Shown one piece after another: positions 25,248 through 37,800 of a stretch of DNA of 64,000 nucleotides. Numbering within the stretch: position 1 is the stretch's first letter; the number at the start of each line of letters is the position of its first letter. The translations under genes and the position numbers were made by a program. The stretch lies in assembly GCA_951406725.2 (NCBI GenBank), contig OX597816.1:93248001-93312000 (forward strand), read 5' to 3'. This stretch comes from Octopus vulgaris. Its lineage: Eukaryota. The notes beneath the pieces were generated by a model. The model ran no database searches and was not told the origin of the DNA. It saw only the letters and a list, made by a program, of their open reading frames with translations.

Positions 25248-27896
25248 TTGACATTTATGACATTTGGAGGAGCTGGGCTGCCAGCCATGACACTCTTGAC
25301 TTCTTTGATGAATCAACTGACAGATATGACTTATGAGAGATTCACATGGCTACTCTGGCATTTCAACCTTGCAATTGTTCTTGTAATGCTGAAAATGACA
25401 TGGACTGATTCCACTGTTAATTTTCTGGTTATAGCTGGTGATCTGAATGCTAGACTAGGACCCGATGAGACCAAGTTTACTTTCAACTCTAAAACCAATC
25501 GGAACGGAGAAATGCTCAAAGACTTCTTGGAGGAATTTAATCTCTACACCTCCAACAATTCTTTTATGAAACCAAAAGGTCAACTTTGGACATTTGAGTC
25601 CCCACTTGGTGATAGGGCACAAATTGACTACCTCATCTTTCGAAAGAAATGGCGCAATAGTGTTAGGGACTCGAGATCCTACTCTTCCTTTGGTTCTGTC
25701 GGCTCTGACCACAGAATTGTATCAGCTACCGTTAAGCTTAGTCTTCGCTCATCCAAAAAAACTAAGCCTCACCCGATCAAAATGATCGACTGGGAGGAAG
25801 TCTTATCTAACCCCGATATGTCCAAACAATTTACTATTGAGGTCTATAACAAATTTCAATCTCTGTCTACTTCTGAAATAGATGCTGAGAACATTGAGGA
25901 AGTATACAGCAGCCTCATCAAATCAACAGAGGAAGTTGCACTGGCTACTCTTCCCAAAAGGAAGAGTAGGGGCCAGAGCAAACCTTCTAATTCCCCAAAT
26001 GTCATCGAAGCCAGAAACCATCTAAAGTCTATATCACTAGCTTACCACCGTTCTCCATCCCAGTCACTGAAGATCCAACTCATAGCTGCCAGGAAGAATC
26101 TTGATGAGGCTTACTTGAACGCCGAGGTCGAATTTATCAATGGCAAAATTAGTAAACTATCGAAAGAGCACATTAGTAAAAAACACCATCTCGCCTGGAA
26201 ATCCATCAAAGACCTATCAGGCAAAAATTCTGGGTCATCAATTAGAATTAAAGGGGGTTCAGCTAAGAAGCGTTTAGAAAATTGGTCAACCCATTTTAAA
26301 AACCTCCTTGGGAAGAATGCCAAAATCCCTGATAACCCCACTCTCCCAAGTGTACCTATATCAGACACGCTGGACATCAACACCTCCCCTTTTACCATAT
26401 TTGAACTAACACCAGCCACCAAGCAACTAAAAGCCTCGAAAGCATTTGGTCCCGACAACATTCCGGCTGTGATTTGGAAGGATGATAGATTTCACACACT
26501 TTTGCTTAACCTCTGCAACCACACACTTTCCACCTTTGTCGCTCCAAAGATTTGGCACCAGTCTCAAATCATTCCAATACCCAAAAAAGGCGATTTGTCC
26601 CTCGTCACCAACTACAGGGGCATATCTCTAATGTCAATTGCTGCAAAACTGTACAACAAACTGATCCTAAATCGTCTTGTCCTTTTTGTTGAACCTTTGC
26701 TCCGAAAGAACCAAAATGGATTCAGACATGGGCGCTCAACGCTGAGCCAGATACTATGCCTGCGCAGACTTATTGAAGAATCAAAAGCATTTAATCGCGA
26801 TCTTGCAATGGTATTTGTAGACTTTTCTAAAGCGTTCGATTCTGTAGATAGGTGCAAGATGCTTGAAATCCTTAAGCTCTATGGGATACCAGACAAAATT
26901 ATTTCTGCCATCAAGGTCCTCTACACAGATACGTCTTCAACCATCTTAACCCCTGATGGAGAAACATCATCTTTCTCGATCGAGGCCGGAATACTGCAGG
27001 GAGACACACTCGCCCCATTTCTTTTCATCATTGTTGTTGATTATGTGCTACGTATGTCAGTTGATACCATCTCTGGCAAGGGCTTTGAAATAAAACCAAG
27101 AAGAAGTTCCAGACACCCAGCTGAGTACTTGACAGACACTGACTTTGCTGACGACATCGCTCTTATCAGTGATTCTCTCTCCAATGCCCAGTCTCTTTTA
27201 CAATCTCTTGAACAAGCCTCAAATTGTGTAGGTCTTTACCTTAATGAGACCAAAACTGAATACATAAACAAGTGCCTGTCCAACAGTGATTGCATCATCC
27301 ACACTCTCAACAGTGCACCTTTAAATATGGTTTCTGATTATAAATATCTTGGGTCATACATATCATCATCTGGAAAAGACTTTCTAACTAGAAAGGGTAT
27401 GGCCTGGTCAGCCTGTAATGACATGCATAAGATCTGGTCATCAAATCTAAGTAGAGACTTCAAACTTGAAATATTCAAAGCCACAGTCGAACCAATCCTA
27501 CTATATGGCTCAGAAACCTGGACGTTATCAAAGAAGCTTGAGAGGCGATTGGATGGAACCTACACTCGCCTCCTTATGAGAGCTCAAAATCTCTCGTGGA
27601 GGCGCCATCCAACTAAAATGCAAATATATGGGAAATTACCACCTGTGTCATCTCTTGTGAAGGGTAGGAGAGTCCAGTTTGCTGGACATTGTTGTAGAGC
27701 TGAAAAAGAAGTAATTTCTACTCTTCTCCTCTGGAAGCCATCTACTCGCAACACCAGAGGGCGCACACTCTCCTACCCTGATGTAATCTCCAGGGATACA
27801 GGCATCCAGCAACAGGACCTCCGTAATGCTATGATGGACCGTGAAGTCTGGCGCAACATGGTAAATTCCATTGTCTCGACCACGGTCGAACAATGA
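25248..27896 (+). CDS. Uninterrupted LINE ORF: C-terminal half of APE endonuclease plus reverse transcriptase (RTE-like); the first ~58 codons derive from flanking DNA
   Basis: GDLNA, IDY and SDH (APE); NYRGISL, QNGFR, DFSKAFDSV, GILQGDTLAPFLF, FADD and YLG (RT); LLYGSETW and FAGHC (RTE C-terminus). Confidence 0.93.
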   Translation: MTFMTFGGAGLPAMTLLTSLMNQLTDMTYERFTWLLWHFNLAIVLVMLKMTWTDSTVNFLVIAGDLNARLGPDETKFTFNSKTNRNGEMLKDFLEEFNLYTSNNSFMKPKGQLWTFESPLGDRAQIDYLIFRKKWRNSVRDSRSYSSFGSVGSDHRIVSATVKLSLRSSKKTKPHPIKMIDWEEVLSNPDMSKQFTIEVYNKFQSLSTSEIDAENIEEVYSSLIKSTEEVALATLPKRKSRGQSKPSNSPNVIEARNHLKSISLAYHRSPSQSLKIQLIAARKNLDEAYLNAEVEFINGKISKLSKEHISKKHHLAWKSIKDLSGKNSGSSIRIKGGSAKKRLENWSTHFKNLLGKNAKIPDNPTLPSVPISDTLDINTSPFTIFELTPATKQLKASKAFGPDNIPAVIWKDDRFHTLLLNLCNHTLSTFVAPKIWHQSQIIPIPKKGDLSLVTNYRGISLMSIAAKLYNKLILNRLVLFVEPLLRKNQNGFRHGRSTLSQILCLRRLIEESKAFNRDLAMVFVDFSKAFDSVDRCKMLEILKLYGIPDKIISAIKVLYTDTSSTILTPDGETSSFSIEAGILQGDTLAPFLFIIVVDYVLRMSVDTISGKGFEIKPRRSSRHPAEYLTDTDFADDIALISDSLSNAQSLLQSLEQASNCVGLYLNETKTEYINKCLSNSDCIIHTLNSAPLNMVSDYKYLGSYISSSGKDFLTRKGMAWSACNDMHKIWSSNLSRDFKLEIFKATVEPILLYGSETWTLSKKLERRLDGTYTRLLMRAQNLSWRRHPTKMQIYGKLPPVSSLVKGRRVQFAGHCCRAEKEVISTLLLWKPSTRNTRGRTLSYPDVISRDTGIQQQDLRNAMMDREVWRNMVNSIVSTTVEQ

Positions 27897-27905
27897 TGAT
27901 GATGA
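25423..27905 (+). mobile_element. 5'-truncated young RTE-like LINE insertion
   Basis: Candidate 8-bp TSD TGTTAATT at 25415-25422 and 27906-27913; stop codon runs directly into the (GAT)n tail; GC and CpG content higher than the flanks. Confidence 0.92.
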
Positions 27906-28089
27906 TGTTAATTAGAAAATTCTAATCCTTTCTTTAGATTTTCATACAAATCACAGCCATATGATGATAATTTTTATCTGAAAAACATCATATCATGACA
28001 CTGTAATTAGTGCAATGCACTATGAAAATAGTAATTTAATTTACAAGCACTCTCAGTAGAGTGAAAACAAAGCCCAGTAATTTTAAGGA

Positions 28090-28262
28090 AGCGCGTATGT
28101 TGGTTACATCGATTCCAGTGTTCAACAAGTACTTGTTTTATTGACCCCAAAAGGATGAAAGGCAAAGTCAGCCTCAGTGGAATTTGAACTCAGAGCATAA
28201 AGACAGATGAGATGCCATAGAGAATTTTGCCCTACAGGCTAATGATGCTGCTAGCTCACCAC
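28090..28262 (-). mobile_element. SINE family D, diverged
   Basis: AAAGGATGAAAGGCAAAGTCAGCCTCAGTGGAATTTGAACTCAGA. Confidence 0.8.
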
Positions 28263-30486
28263 TGTGAGCTAGTGATCTGGTGTGATCTGAGAGTCTCAGG
28301 TCAAATCAAATCATATACCATGATGAGCCTCAGGTCATATCATATCATGTACTTATCTTCAGCTGTCATTTTTCAGTAACTCCTTGACCCTAGTCTCATA
28401 AGTCAGAAAGAAACTAACTTAAGTCGAGTAATTTTCCATACTACAGGGTTAGATAATGAAATTCCTGACATTTCTTAAGGCCTTACCTCATCCTCCTCTA
28501 AAAGCTTGATCGAAAGTGAGGCAACTGACTTGACTTCCACCTCCATTAGACACCCATGACCATAGCCTCATTCTGTTTTGTTGGTCAGGAAAGCAATGTT
28601 CTACATAACATCACAGAAGTTGACTTATTTACCACATATTTTTGTTCATGAATATTTATTCCTTAGGCAGCTTCAGATTTATGCAGGAAGGACTAGGAAT
28701 TAATGTTCATCTCATAATGGTAAATTCAACAAGGAACTTCAACCAGACTGTTCATTAGAGCTTCCTTTTGCTCTACAATGCTTACTTCTTGGTTTGTGAA
28801 TATTAGTAAATTCAATACACAATAGTTTTTATTAGAAAAACATATTCCTTCAATATTATCTACTAATTAGTGTAGCTTTTAGTGTGAAAGAAAATCAAAT
28901 ATTCTGCAGCAACAGCATAGTATGTACAAAGATAGTTAAAATGTAATTAATAACTAGATCTACAGTGAATGCAGCAAGAGCTGCAGAGTAAGCAATAAAA
29001 GTGTGAAGGCTGTCAGAACAGTAATAATAACACCATTAATTACAACAAATTACAAAAGCAATACTGTCAACGAAAATTTGGAAACAAAGAGGCAAGTGTG
29101 TAACAATAATGCGACTAAAGTTATTAGCTGACTACATTGTTATAATGCCACATATAATGGTAGTAATTCTCTCGTAAACAATATTACATTGTTACACTAA
29201 ATAATGCAAAAATTGTCATTAAATGAAACAGATGGTCAAACAATTTTAATTTCCTTAAGAATTTCCTCTTTCTACAAGAAAGAGACGTGACAATGACATT
29301 ATCTCAGTGATAGATCAGCTTCTGAGGGTTATATTAGAGTAATGGTGTTCAAAAGCTTTTCACAATGTTCTATGATCTATAATTGTAGTATTTTCATAGC
29401 CTTGTTGCATGCAATTCAGGTTTGTTGTGAATAGTGGAAATAGGAAGGAATTTGAAATGTATTAATAGATGCTATGCTTCATAATTGTATCAAAATAATT
29501 CTTGACCGATTTCATAAACCAAACTTTTTGAGTAATTTCAAAAAACTAGGTCTTAAACTGCTCTTCAATTTCATGTAAATGAAAGCCTTAATTGTTTTCA
29601 TAGCATCTATTGAGTATACTGTAAACCTACTGTCCTGGGTAAATTTTAAATTGGTTGCATTAAACCGATATTTTTTGATAAATTATTAAGGAGACAATGG
29701 CCACAGCCCTGATAATTTTTTGTACCCCACTAAACTGGTGAGATTGATGTAAAATATGTACAGCTTGAATATCTACAGGTCAATATCTGCAATGAAATAT
29801 GATAGGGAGGAAAAAAGAGGCCTGATTTGAATACCTTCAAAAGAGTTTACTCTGAAGGTACCCAAAGACCAGTTAAACAGCATGTTATGCCTATTATTTA
29901 AGTGTAAAGCCTATCAACTTATCACCCAATAAAACAGGTTATAGTATGTTACTAGCGCATAGTCTATTAAACCCAAAATGATAGCAGACAAAATCAATTC
30001 TAGTTAAGTCAGCTAGATTTTGAGCTTATTGTCTGGGTTGGTGAAACTAAGCACTATAATATATTTAGTGCAGTAATTTATCTCTGCTAGCGCTTACAAG
30101 ATATTAATTTGACCTGTTTTAACTAGAAATCTATATTCACAGTGAATCCAACTCTTTAATGTGAGCCTCTTCACAGATGCTAAGATGTAGGAATATACCA
30201 CTCTCAGATTTGGCAAGACTAGTAATGGAAAGCTTTGCTAGTACTTGAGAACCAGTTTCTTCTGGCAGTTGTCCTGTTTTTGGTTTTGTTTTTTTAAAGC
30301 TTCATATTACAATTACAATATATCCCAAATTATTACAAATGGCTGAAGATTACTGTTTGATTTACACACACACAACAGCCTTCCCAACCTCCAACTCTTA
30401 CGGAAATATTGGATAGGTACTATCCCTTAGTTGGTTGGCTTCCCAACTCTAACTCTCATAGAAATATATATATATATATATATATA

Positions 30487-30881
30487 AAGTAAGAAAATGG
30501 AGAAATATAATGCATATAAATTAATCTTTAATTAATTAACAATGCCAACAATCGTTTCAATTTACACACAATACAAATTACAAAAAATATATAATAAAAT
30601 AATTTTGCATTTTTTAAGATTTTGTGTGAAATATCTTTAGGGCAAAAAGGACACTACAGAATTTACATGTGAATCAAAATACCTCAACTGATTCACTTGT
30701 AAATTCCATAATGTCCTTTTCGTCCTGAAGATATTTCACTCAAAATCTTTAAAAAATGCAAAATTATTTTATTATATATATTTTTTGTAATTTTTCTTGT
30801 GTGTAAATTGAAACGATTGTAGACATTGTTGATTAATTAAAAATTAATTTATTTCCATTATATCTCTCCATTTTCTTACTT
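30487..30881. repeat. ~395-bp palindromic element (arms ~190 bp, 12-nt spacer) with a hammerhead motif in each arm
   Basis: AAGTAAGAAAATGGAGA...GTGAATCA-aaatacctcaac-TGATTCAC...TCTCCATTTTCTTACTT. Confidence 0.92.
30722..30824 (+). ncRNA. Type I hammerhead motif with long stem II, in the palindrome right arm
   Basis: GTC-CTGAAGA-T-ATTTCAC...GTGTAAAT-T-GAA-ACG-at-TGT-A-GAC; the mirror copy on - (about 30543-30645) has a mutated core, CTAAAGA. Confidence 0.65.
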
Positions 30882-30899
30882 AATAATATTTGATATTTT

Positions 30900-31152
30900 T
30901 GCCAGTGGCATGTAAAAAGCACCATCCGATTGTGGCCATTTGCCAGCCTCGTCTGGCACCTGTGCTGGTGGCATGTAAAAAGCACCCACTACACTCATGG
31001 AGTGGTTGGTGTTAGGAAGGGCATCCAGCCATAGTAACATTGCCAGATCAGACTTGGCCTGGTGCAGCCTTCTGGCTTCCCAGACCCCAGTTGCACCGTC
31101 CAACCCATGCCAGCATGGAAAGCAGACGCTAAACGATGATGATGATGATGAT
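30900..31152 (+). mobile_element. RTE 3'-end fragment (family C)
   Basis: Two GGCATGTAAAAAGCACC units, then the standard tail and (GAT)n. Confidence 0.9.
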
Positions 31153-32059
31153 TTATATAATATATTTATTGAAGAATTATGTCTTCAAGATATAATATAT
31201 TAAACCAGTGTGACTTGGATAAAACAATCTCTGTAAAAGGTTTATATATCCACATATAAACTCTGTGTGTGTATCTGTGTATCATCATCATTTAATGTCC
31301 ATCTTCCATGCAGGCATGGACTGGACAATTTGACAGGAACTGGTGATCCAGAGGACTGCAGCAAGTACCACTGTCTGCTTTGGTATGGTTTCTATGGCTG
31401 GATGACTTTCCTAATGCCAACCACTTTACAGAGTGGACTGGCTCTGTTTTTTACACAGCAACTGTACCATTCAGTTACCTAGTAACATGCAAGACAAAGA
31501 TCTTTCAACTGAGAGGATGAGTAGGATTGGAGTGGCTTTGTGCCAGGTGATGGGAAGTTAGAGTATGAGAGAAGGTTAGAAACAGATGTTTTATTGTACA
31601 GGAGATACATGGCTATTTCAGCTGTGTAGAGAGATAGAGAGATGGATAGAGGGGTGGAGAGAGAGACGGAGGAAAAGAGGGAGAGATGGAAGTAATGTGC
31701 CAGGGCATACTATCAAGGTACAAGGAGGTGAATATAAATGAAATGCTAGAGAATTGTTCTGGGTGCATGAGCAGGAAGTTCTCAAAAGTGCAAAGGGGGA
31801 AAGCGGAGAAGGTGCAGTGAGTAGTGAAACATGGATATAAAGGGGTGAGGTAACAGGATAGCAACAATAGAGTGGTACAGCAGACAGTGGTACTTGCTGC
31901 AGTAGGGAGAGGAGAGGAGAAAAAGATGACAAAGCGGTGTAGGGGTGCAGTGATGAGGAGGAAGAGATAAGCATATTGCATGTAGAAGAAATGTAGTTTG
32001 GTTCATTATGGTAGAGTGTGTGAATTAATGTTATGTGTAGGTGAAATACACAGTACTGC

Positions 32060-32400
32060 CAAAACTCAGTTTCACTGATGTGGGTGTGTCTTCTCAAGAA
32101 CCTCATATTGCCAGACATCTCAGTCCATTGTCACATCCTCTATGAAGCCCAATATGTTGAAATCAGCTCTCACTACTTCATCCCACATCTTTCTGTGTCT
32201 CCCTCTTCTACGTCATACGATTTAAGCAATTGCACATTTTTGTGCAACTGTCTTCATTCATATGTATTTGCATCTCCAAACCATCATAGACTTCTCTGTT
32301 GCATGTTACATCTGATTCCTCATATGCCCAACTTTCTCTCAGCACATTTGCTCTTTGTCATACATGCACACTAATGATGAACATCAATCGGTGTGCACTG
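32060..32400 (-). mobile_element. Decayed RTE RT C-terminal fragment
   Basis: Reverse-complement similarity to 19680-19960 (TTCTCAAG, CATCCCA, CATCTGATTCCTCATATGCCCA). Confidence 0.65.
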
Positions 32401-32786
32401 ATGTAGCTGAGTGGTAACAATTATGCTTCCCAGTCACGTCTCCACATTCAGTCCCGCCAAAGCATGGTGAGTGAATTTGGTAGATGGAAACTGAAAAAGT
32501 CAGTCATGTGTATGTGTAAATACATATATACATAAATACATAAAAATATATATTTGATAGAATTTTTTTCGAAAAATTTTATCCTACATTAGATGTTAAT
32601 TTAATAGTGTTCACTTCCAGACTCTCTCACTTTGCGAGAGTTTTTTGGTTCGAATTGCACGTGCCTCGAGATGGACTAGAGAGTTTCTATTTTGGATATA
32701 TTTGGGGTACTTAATTGTGCTCATGACTTAGTGTTCACTTCTTCCATGGGTATAAGTAAGTATTTCACTTATTTCTTTGCCGCATT

Positions 32787-32840
32787 TATCACTGATGAAG
32801 GGAAGGTTCTTATAAACTAACTCTGAAATCAGGTCCGATA
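32787..32840 (+). ncRNA. Type I hammerhead motif, partly decayed
   Basis: TATCA-CTGATGA-AGGG...CTCT-GAAA-tcag-GTC-CGATA. Confidence 0.6.
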
Positions 32841-33410
32841 TGGTAATAATGGGATTTTTTAGAAATTTCTGTCGGCTTTCTTCGAAATGTGTGCTTGTAG
32901 TGATAAATTATATGGTTATTTACATTGTGTCTATTTTCGGCATATTTTGGCATCAGAAATTTTTTCTTTTGGCCTTACTTATAAATTATATATATATATA
33001 TATCACATGATCATGTGATCAACCAGACTATCAGCTGCTGTTATACATCGTTGGTCATAATGTGCTTTGCATCGTTTTAGCTTTCAAATGATGACATCCC
33101 ACTGGCTAGACAAGCAGGCCAATATGTTCGTGTATGTGTACTCATGCATGTGTATGTATGTTTGTGTGTGTGTGTCTTTATCATCTTATCTTGACATCAT
33201 ACAAGCAGCGCCATTCATTTTCAATATTCTGTGAAAATATGTTTAGCAGTATAACCTTGTTTGGAAACAGGGGCGGGTTAGAGACAGGGAGGGCATCTGG
33301 CAGTAGAAAATCTACCTCCATTAAACTCATGCAAGCAAGGAAAAGTGGACGTTCAATGTTGATCACATATAGAGAGATAATTCCTAACTAAGCATAAGAA
33401 AGTAGGTATT

Positions 33411-33411
<1 letters not shown>

Positions 33412-33458
<47 letters not shown>

Positions 33459-34000
33459 ATTAACGTCTATTTTCCATGCTGGCATGGGTTTGACGGTTTG
33501 ACTGAGGACTAGCTAGCCAGTAGGCTGCACCAGGCCCCAATCTGATCTGGCAAGGTTTCTACAGCTTGCTGCCCTTCCTAAAGCCAACCACTCCAAGAGT
33601 GTAGTGAGTGCTTTTTACATGCCACCAGCACAGGAGCCAGTCAGATGGCACTAGCATCGAACATGTCCAGATGGTCCTGTTTATGTGCCACTTGCATGGG
33701 AGCCAGGCAGGGAGAACTGACATCGACTGTATTCGGATGGTGCTTTTTATGTGCCACCGACATGGGGAGCCAGTCAGACGACAATGGCGTCATCCAAGCT
33801 TGAATGGTACTTATGTGCCACCAGCACGGGTTCCAGTTAGGCAGCACTGGCATCAACCATGACTACGATTTCGATTTCACTTGACTTAACAGGTCTTCTC
33901 AATTACAGCATATTGCCTAACAATTCAAGAGTACTTTTAAATGGGCTGGTTATGCAACACTGGTATCAGCCACGGTTGTGATCTCACTTTACTTGCCAGC
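33412..34000 (-). mobile_element. RTE 3' end (family C) with tandem 3'UTR units
   Basis: (CAT)n, the standard tail, then 4 repeats of TTTTATGTGCCAC..GCA(C/T)GGGAGCCAG. Confidence 0.87.
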
Positions 34001-35021
34001 TAGCTCCAGAAGTATCAAAGGCAAAGATGACCTGAGTGGGATTTGAACTCAAAGATCTGGAACAATTACAGCTAGACATTTGACTGACACCCTAACAACT
34101 CTACTAATTTATTACCCTAAATATACACTTAGAAATACATACTAATATCCATTGAGTGTATTAGAATTCTCTAAAATTCCAGTCCCAAGTAATATACTTT
34201 CTATTTAATTTCCATTAAAGTGGTATTAGTTTTTGTTGCCTATTGTACCAAGTCCTGTAGATTGACTAACAACAATAAAAATTTGCCCATTAAATTTTAC
34301 ATGTAATCATGACCACACATAAACACTATATAATTAGCATTTATATTTCTAACAAGGTACCCATGGCAACAGTTTAAAAGAGCACTTCATTAACTCCTTA
34401 TAATTAATAATTACATATGTATATATGAAGCTAATTGAATATCTGTATGTTTTATTGCAATCTGCATTCCATGAATGGCTATCATATGGGTCAAATTACA
34501 AAGCATCCCATAACAGAAGGGGTAAGGTGGTGACAGTGGTGGCTCAAATATTGGCAATACATATTGCTTTGACCATTGATCAATAGGAACTAAGTGACTC
34601 TCTTATTCGGACTATTGATTTCAATTATTTACTACAATAGCTGATAAGTTTCATTGATACTTATGGAACATTTTGTCACATCAGCATCAACATCATCATC
34701 ATCAGTTGACATCTGTCTTCTGGTTAGAATGGGTCGGATGGTTTCACAGGATCTGATGAATCAAAGAGTTGCATCATGGTCCAATGTCTGCTTTTTTTTT
34801 TTTTGTTTTGTTTCTCTTCTTTTGGGGACACACACACACATAAATGAAGATTGTTTTATAACTTACAATGCTAAGGACCTGAAACAGTCCCCATAACTTA
34901 GGGAGAAAAGCAGAAAGAGTGGATGAGGATTCTGAACAAAGAGATGAGGGATGGCAATGAAAAACAGATGATGAAGTATGGAAAGAAACAGGGGTTAAAA
35001 AAAGGATTAGTAACAGGGGTT

Positions 35022-35296
35022 TCCCGGACCGGGCTGCGTTTTGTGTTCTTGAGCAAAGCACTTTATTTCACGTTGCTCCAATTCACTCAGCTGTAGAAAT
35101 GAGTTGCGACGTCACTGGTGCCAAGCTGTATCGACCTTTGTCTTTCCCTTGAATAACACTAGTGGCGTGGAGAGGGGAGGCTGGTATGCATGGGCGACTG
35201 CTGGTCTTCCATAAACAACCTTGCCCGGACTTGTGTCTAGGAGGGTAACTTTCTAGGTGCAATCCCATGGTCATTCATGACCGAAGGGGGTCTTTA
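35022..35296 (+). mobile_element. SINE family A, 5'-truncated, young
   Basis: 13-bp TSD AGTAACAGGGGTT at 35009-35021 and 35297-35309; CpGs retained. Confidence 0.92.
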
Positions 35297-37149
35297 AGTA
35301 ACAGGGGTTATTGAGAAAAGGGAGATATAGATAAAAGGAGACAGGGTGGGTTGTATAAGGAAGAATGCATACATACATATATATTTTACCAAATATAGGT
35401 TGACAGTAACTTCGAAGTTTGCCAATGATTGGCTTCATATAATGCTGAATAATTTTGACTCCCATAAAGCGAACGCTCTTCTCATAACTGACAAATTTTG
35501 AAGCCCTTTTAAGAAAGTCAAAGAAAAGAAAGATCGTATTTGAAATTCCCAAGGCTGATGAACTACTTTCTGATCAGTGTCATAATTAATTATATATCCT
35601 CTTTGTGCCATGCCTTAAGAAACCAACAATTGATATTTTTCTAATATTTCTTATGTTTGGGATTTAATAATTACATGTTTTTACCTTATCTAATGCATCC
35701 ACTTTTAAAATTTAAGCTGTAATGTGAAATAAGAGCTATTTGTTTGCATGGGTGCATTGTTAATATGTTTGCCTCACAGCTACACTGTTTTGGGTTCCAT
35801 CTTATTCTGCAACTTCTTCAACAACTATTTTTAGGATAGCCTTAGCTTAGCAAAAGTCTTGTGGGTGAAATTAGGCAGGCAGAAACCATGTTGAAGACTG
35901 TTAGAAGAACTGCTCCTGTTTTTGAATTTTTGTAGCCTGGTTTTTAACATTGTCACCTAACTCTTAAATACCTTTAAGAGAATCCATTCTATTGCTGGCA
36001 TTCAAGTCTGAGAATAATTTTCTGCTACAAATCCCAGCAGCCCTAAAAAAATGGACATGAATGCTACCCTTCCTCGTCTGACACAGTCATAGCACATGAA
36101 TATTAATAAAATAAATTAATTATAAACGTTCTATTATTGATTCACTTCTTTCTATATAAATACATACTCTTACTTTGATTCCATACTTCTAATGTACATC
36201 AAGTTGCCATATCTCTTTTATTCCTGTTCTGAAAGCTACCTTCAATACAATTATTCCAAGGGTATTTTTGCCTTAGTAGCTCTATGATGTAAACCCTACA
36301 AGAGTTGTTCTTCGATAGTATTAAAATCAGTGACACAGAAAGGGAAAAATATATCATCTGTTCAGGCAAAACATTGACTGATGTCATCTGTAGGTTGGCC
36401 ATTTATGTAATTCTTATTTTAGTTGTAATTCTTATTCAGCCAGCTAGGGAACCTCTTCTTGGTTGCTTGACTAGCAAGAAATAGCAACTAAGTTTTCCTT
36501 AAATCACACCCTACCATCTTAAATAAAGAAAAAATACATTAAATAATATAACATTACACACTGTTAATAAGATATTTAGAATGCTTTTAATCATAAGTCT
36601 GCTTCCTCAGGATTGACCTAACCCTAAGCAGTGACAACAAACTCTATTCAATATAAAAGAAGTGATTAGGAAGCATGCTTTTCATTAGGATTGTTATTTT
36701 TAATTAACCTTCATTTCTTAGGCTGAACACAAGTGATAAGGTAGTAAGCAGTGTTGAAATTGTATATAAAAATAAAGACTTTGAGCTTGAAACCTACTTA
36801 GAGATATTTATATAACTAGGGATAGAGCCCTAAAAGACAATTGATAAACCAACTGACTGAAAGGTAGAAAAAGCAAATGGTTCATTGAAAGAAGCTGGAC
36901 TGGTGTAACCATTTAAACATTGAACAAAATGACTGTGGTATTTAGTAGTGGCTATTCATGTTCTGAGTTCAAATACCACTATGGTCAACTTTGGTCTTCA
37001 TCCTTCTGTAATTTAGGAAATAGAGTATCATTTATGTACTAGAGTATAATGCATTTGCAGTGAATAGAATTATAATGGGAAAATCTAGGATAAGAAAAGT
37101 AATAAAAATTAGATTAATAGTTTGAAATTTCACACAAGTCTAGCAATAA

Positions 37150-37800
37150 CCCAGCTCAGAAATATTAGATATGTTAATTATAGCAACAACTGCAGCAATC
37201 CTAGAATTTGTTGTACACCTACTGCAGCTATAGAAGATGTGGTAAAATATGCAGTAGTAACTGCAGCTGTCACAGTAGCCAGCATAAAACTATTGCAGTT
37301 GCAGTGCCTACAGCAACAACTGCACCAATCATCATAGCTGTGAAAGCAAATGAAGCATTCACGGTAGCCATAGCAGATATAGCAGCCAGTTTCAACAGCC
37401 ATGGCAGTAGATGCTACAGCTGCACTGTTTGTAGCAGAAACTACAGGAATTGCAGTTGCTGTGAAGGCAGCAGGAACGGTTGCAAACTGTGGCTTCGGTA
37501 CATGTGAGTGCAGCAACACCAGCTTCATCAAGTGAAGCAACCATAGTGAATGAGAGCAGCAGCTGCAGCATCAACAACAGTAGTTGCTACAGTCACATAA
37601 GGTCACAAATATTCAAATGGAGATGTGACAAGAGTAAGTTGCAGTGGCAGCAGCAGTAGCAGTAACTGACATGAGAACAAGTGATTTTTGAACAGTGCGG
37701 TAGATTCAGAAACAAATGTGACAATAAAGCAGGCACAGGGTAGCCATTTTAAACAAAGACAAACTATAAGAAAGCTAGTACAAGCATTTTCCATTGCTAC
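37150..37800. repeat. Degenerate (GCA/GTA)-rich low-complexity tract
   Basis: Recurrent TGCAGC/AGCAGT words; open frames on both strands without recognisable motifs. Confidence 0.6.

Noticed and set aside
31613-32118. Overlapping 122-166 aa minus-strand ORFs
   Set aside because: Pyrimidine-rich complement of a GA-rich low-complexity tract (also 40450-40860 and 41350-41660); depleted of stop codons by composition
37178-37577. Ala/Thr/Val-rich and Cys-rich ORFs (mucin- or metallothionein-like look)
   Set aside because: Decayed GCA/GTA low-complexity DNA open in several frames on both strands; similar tracts occur at 28900-29200, 38830-39070 and 52600-53100
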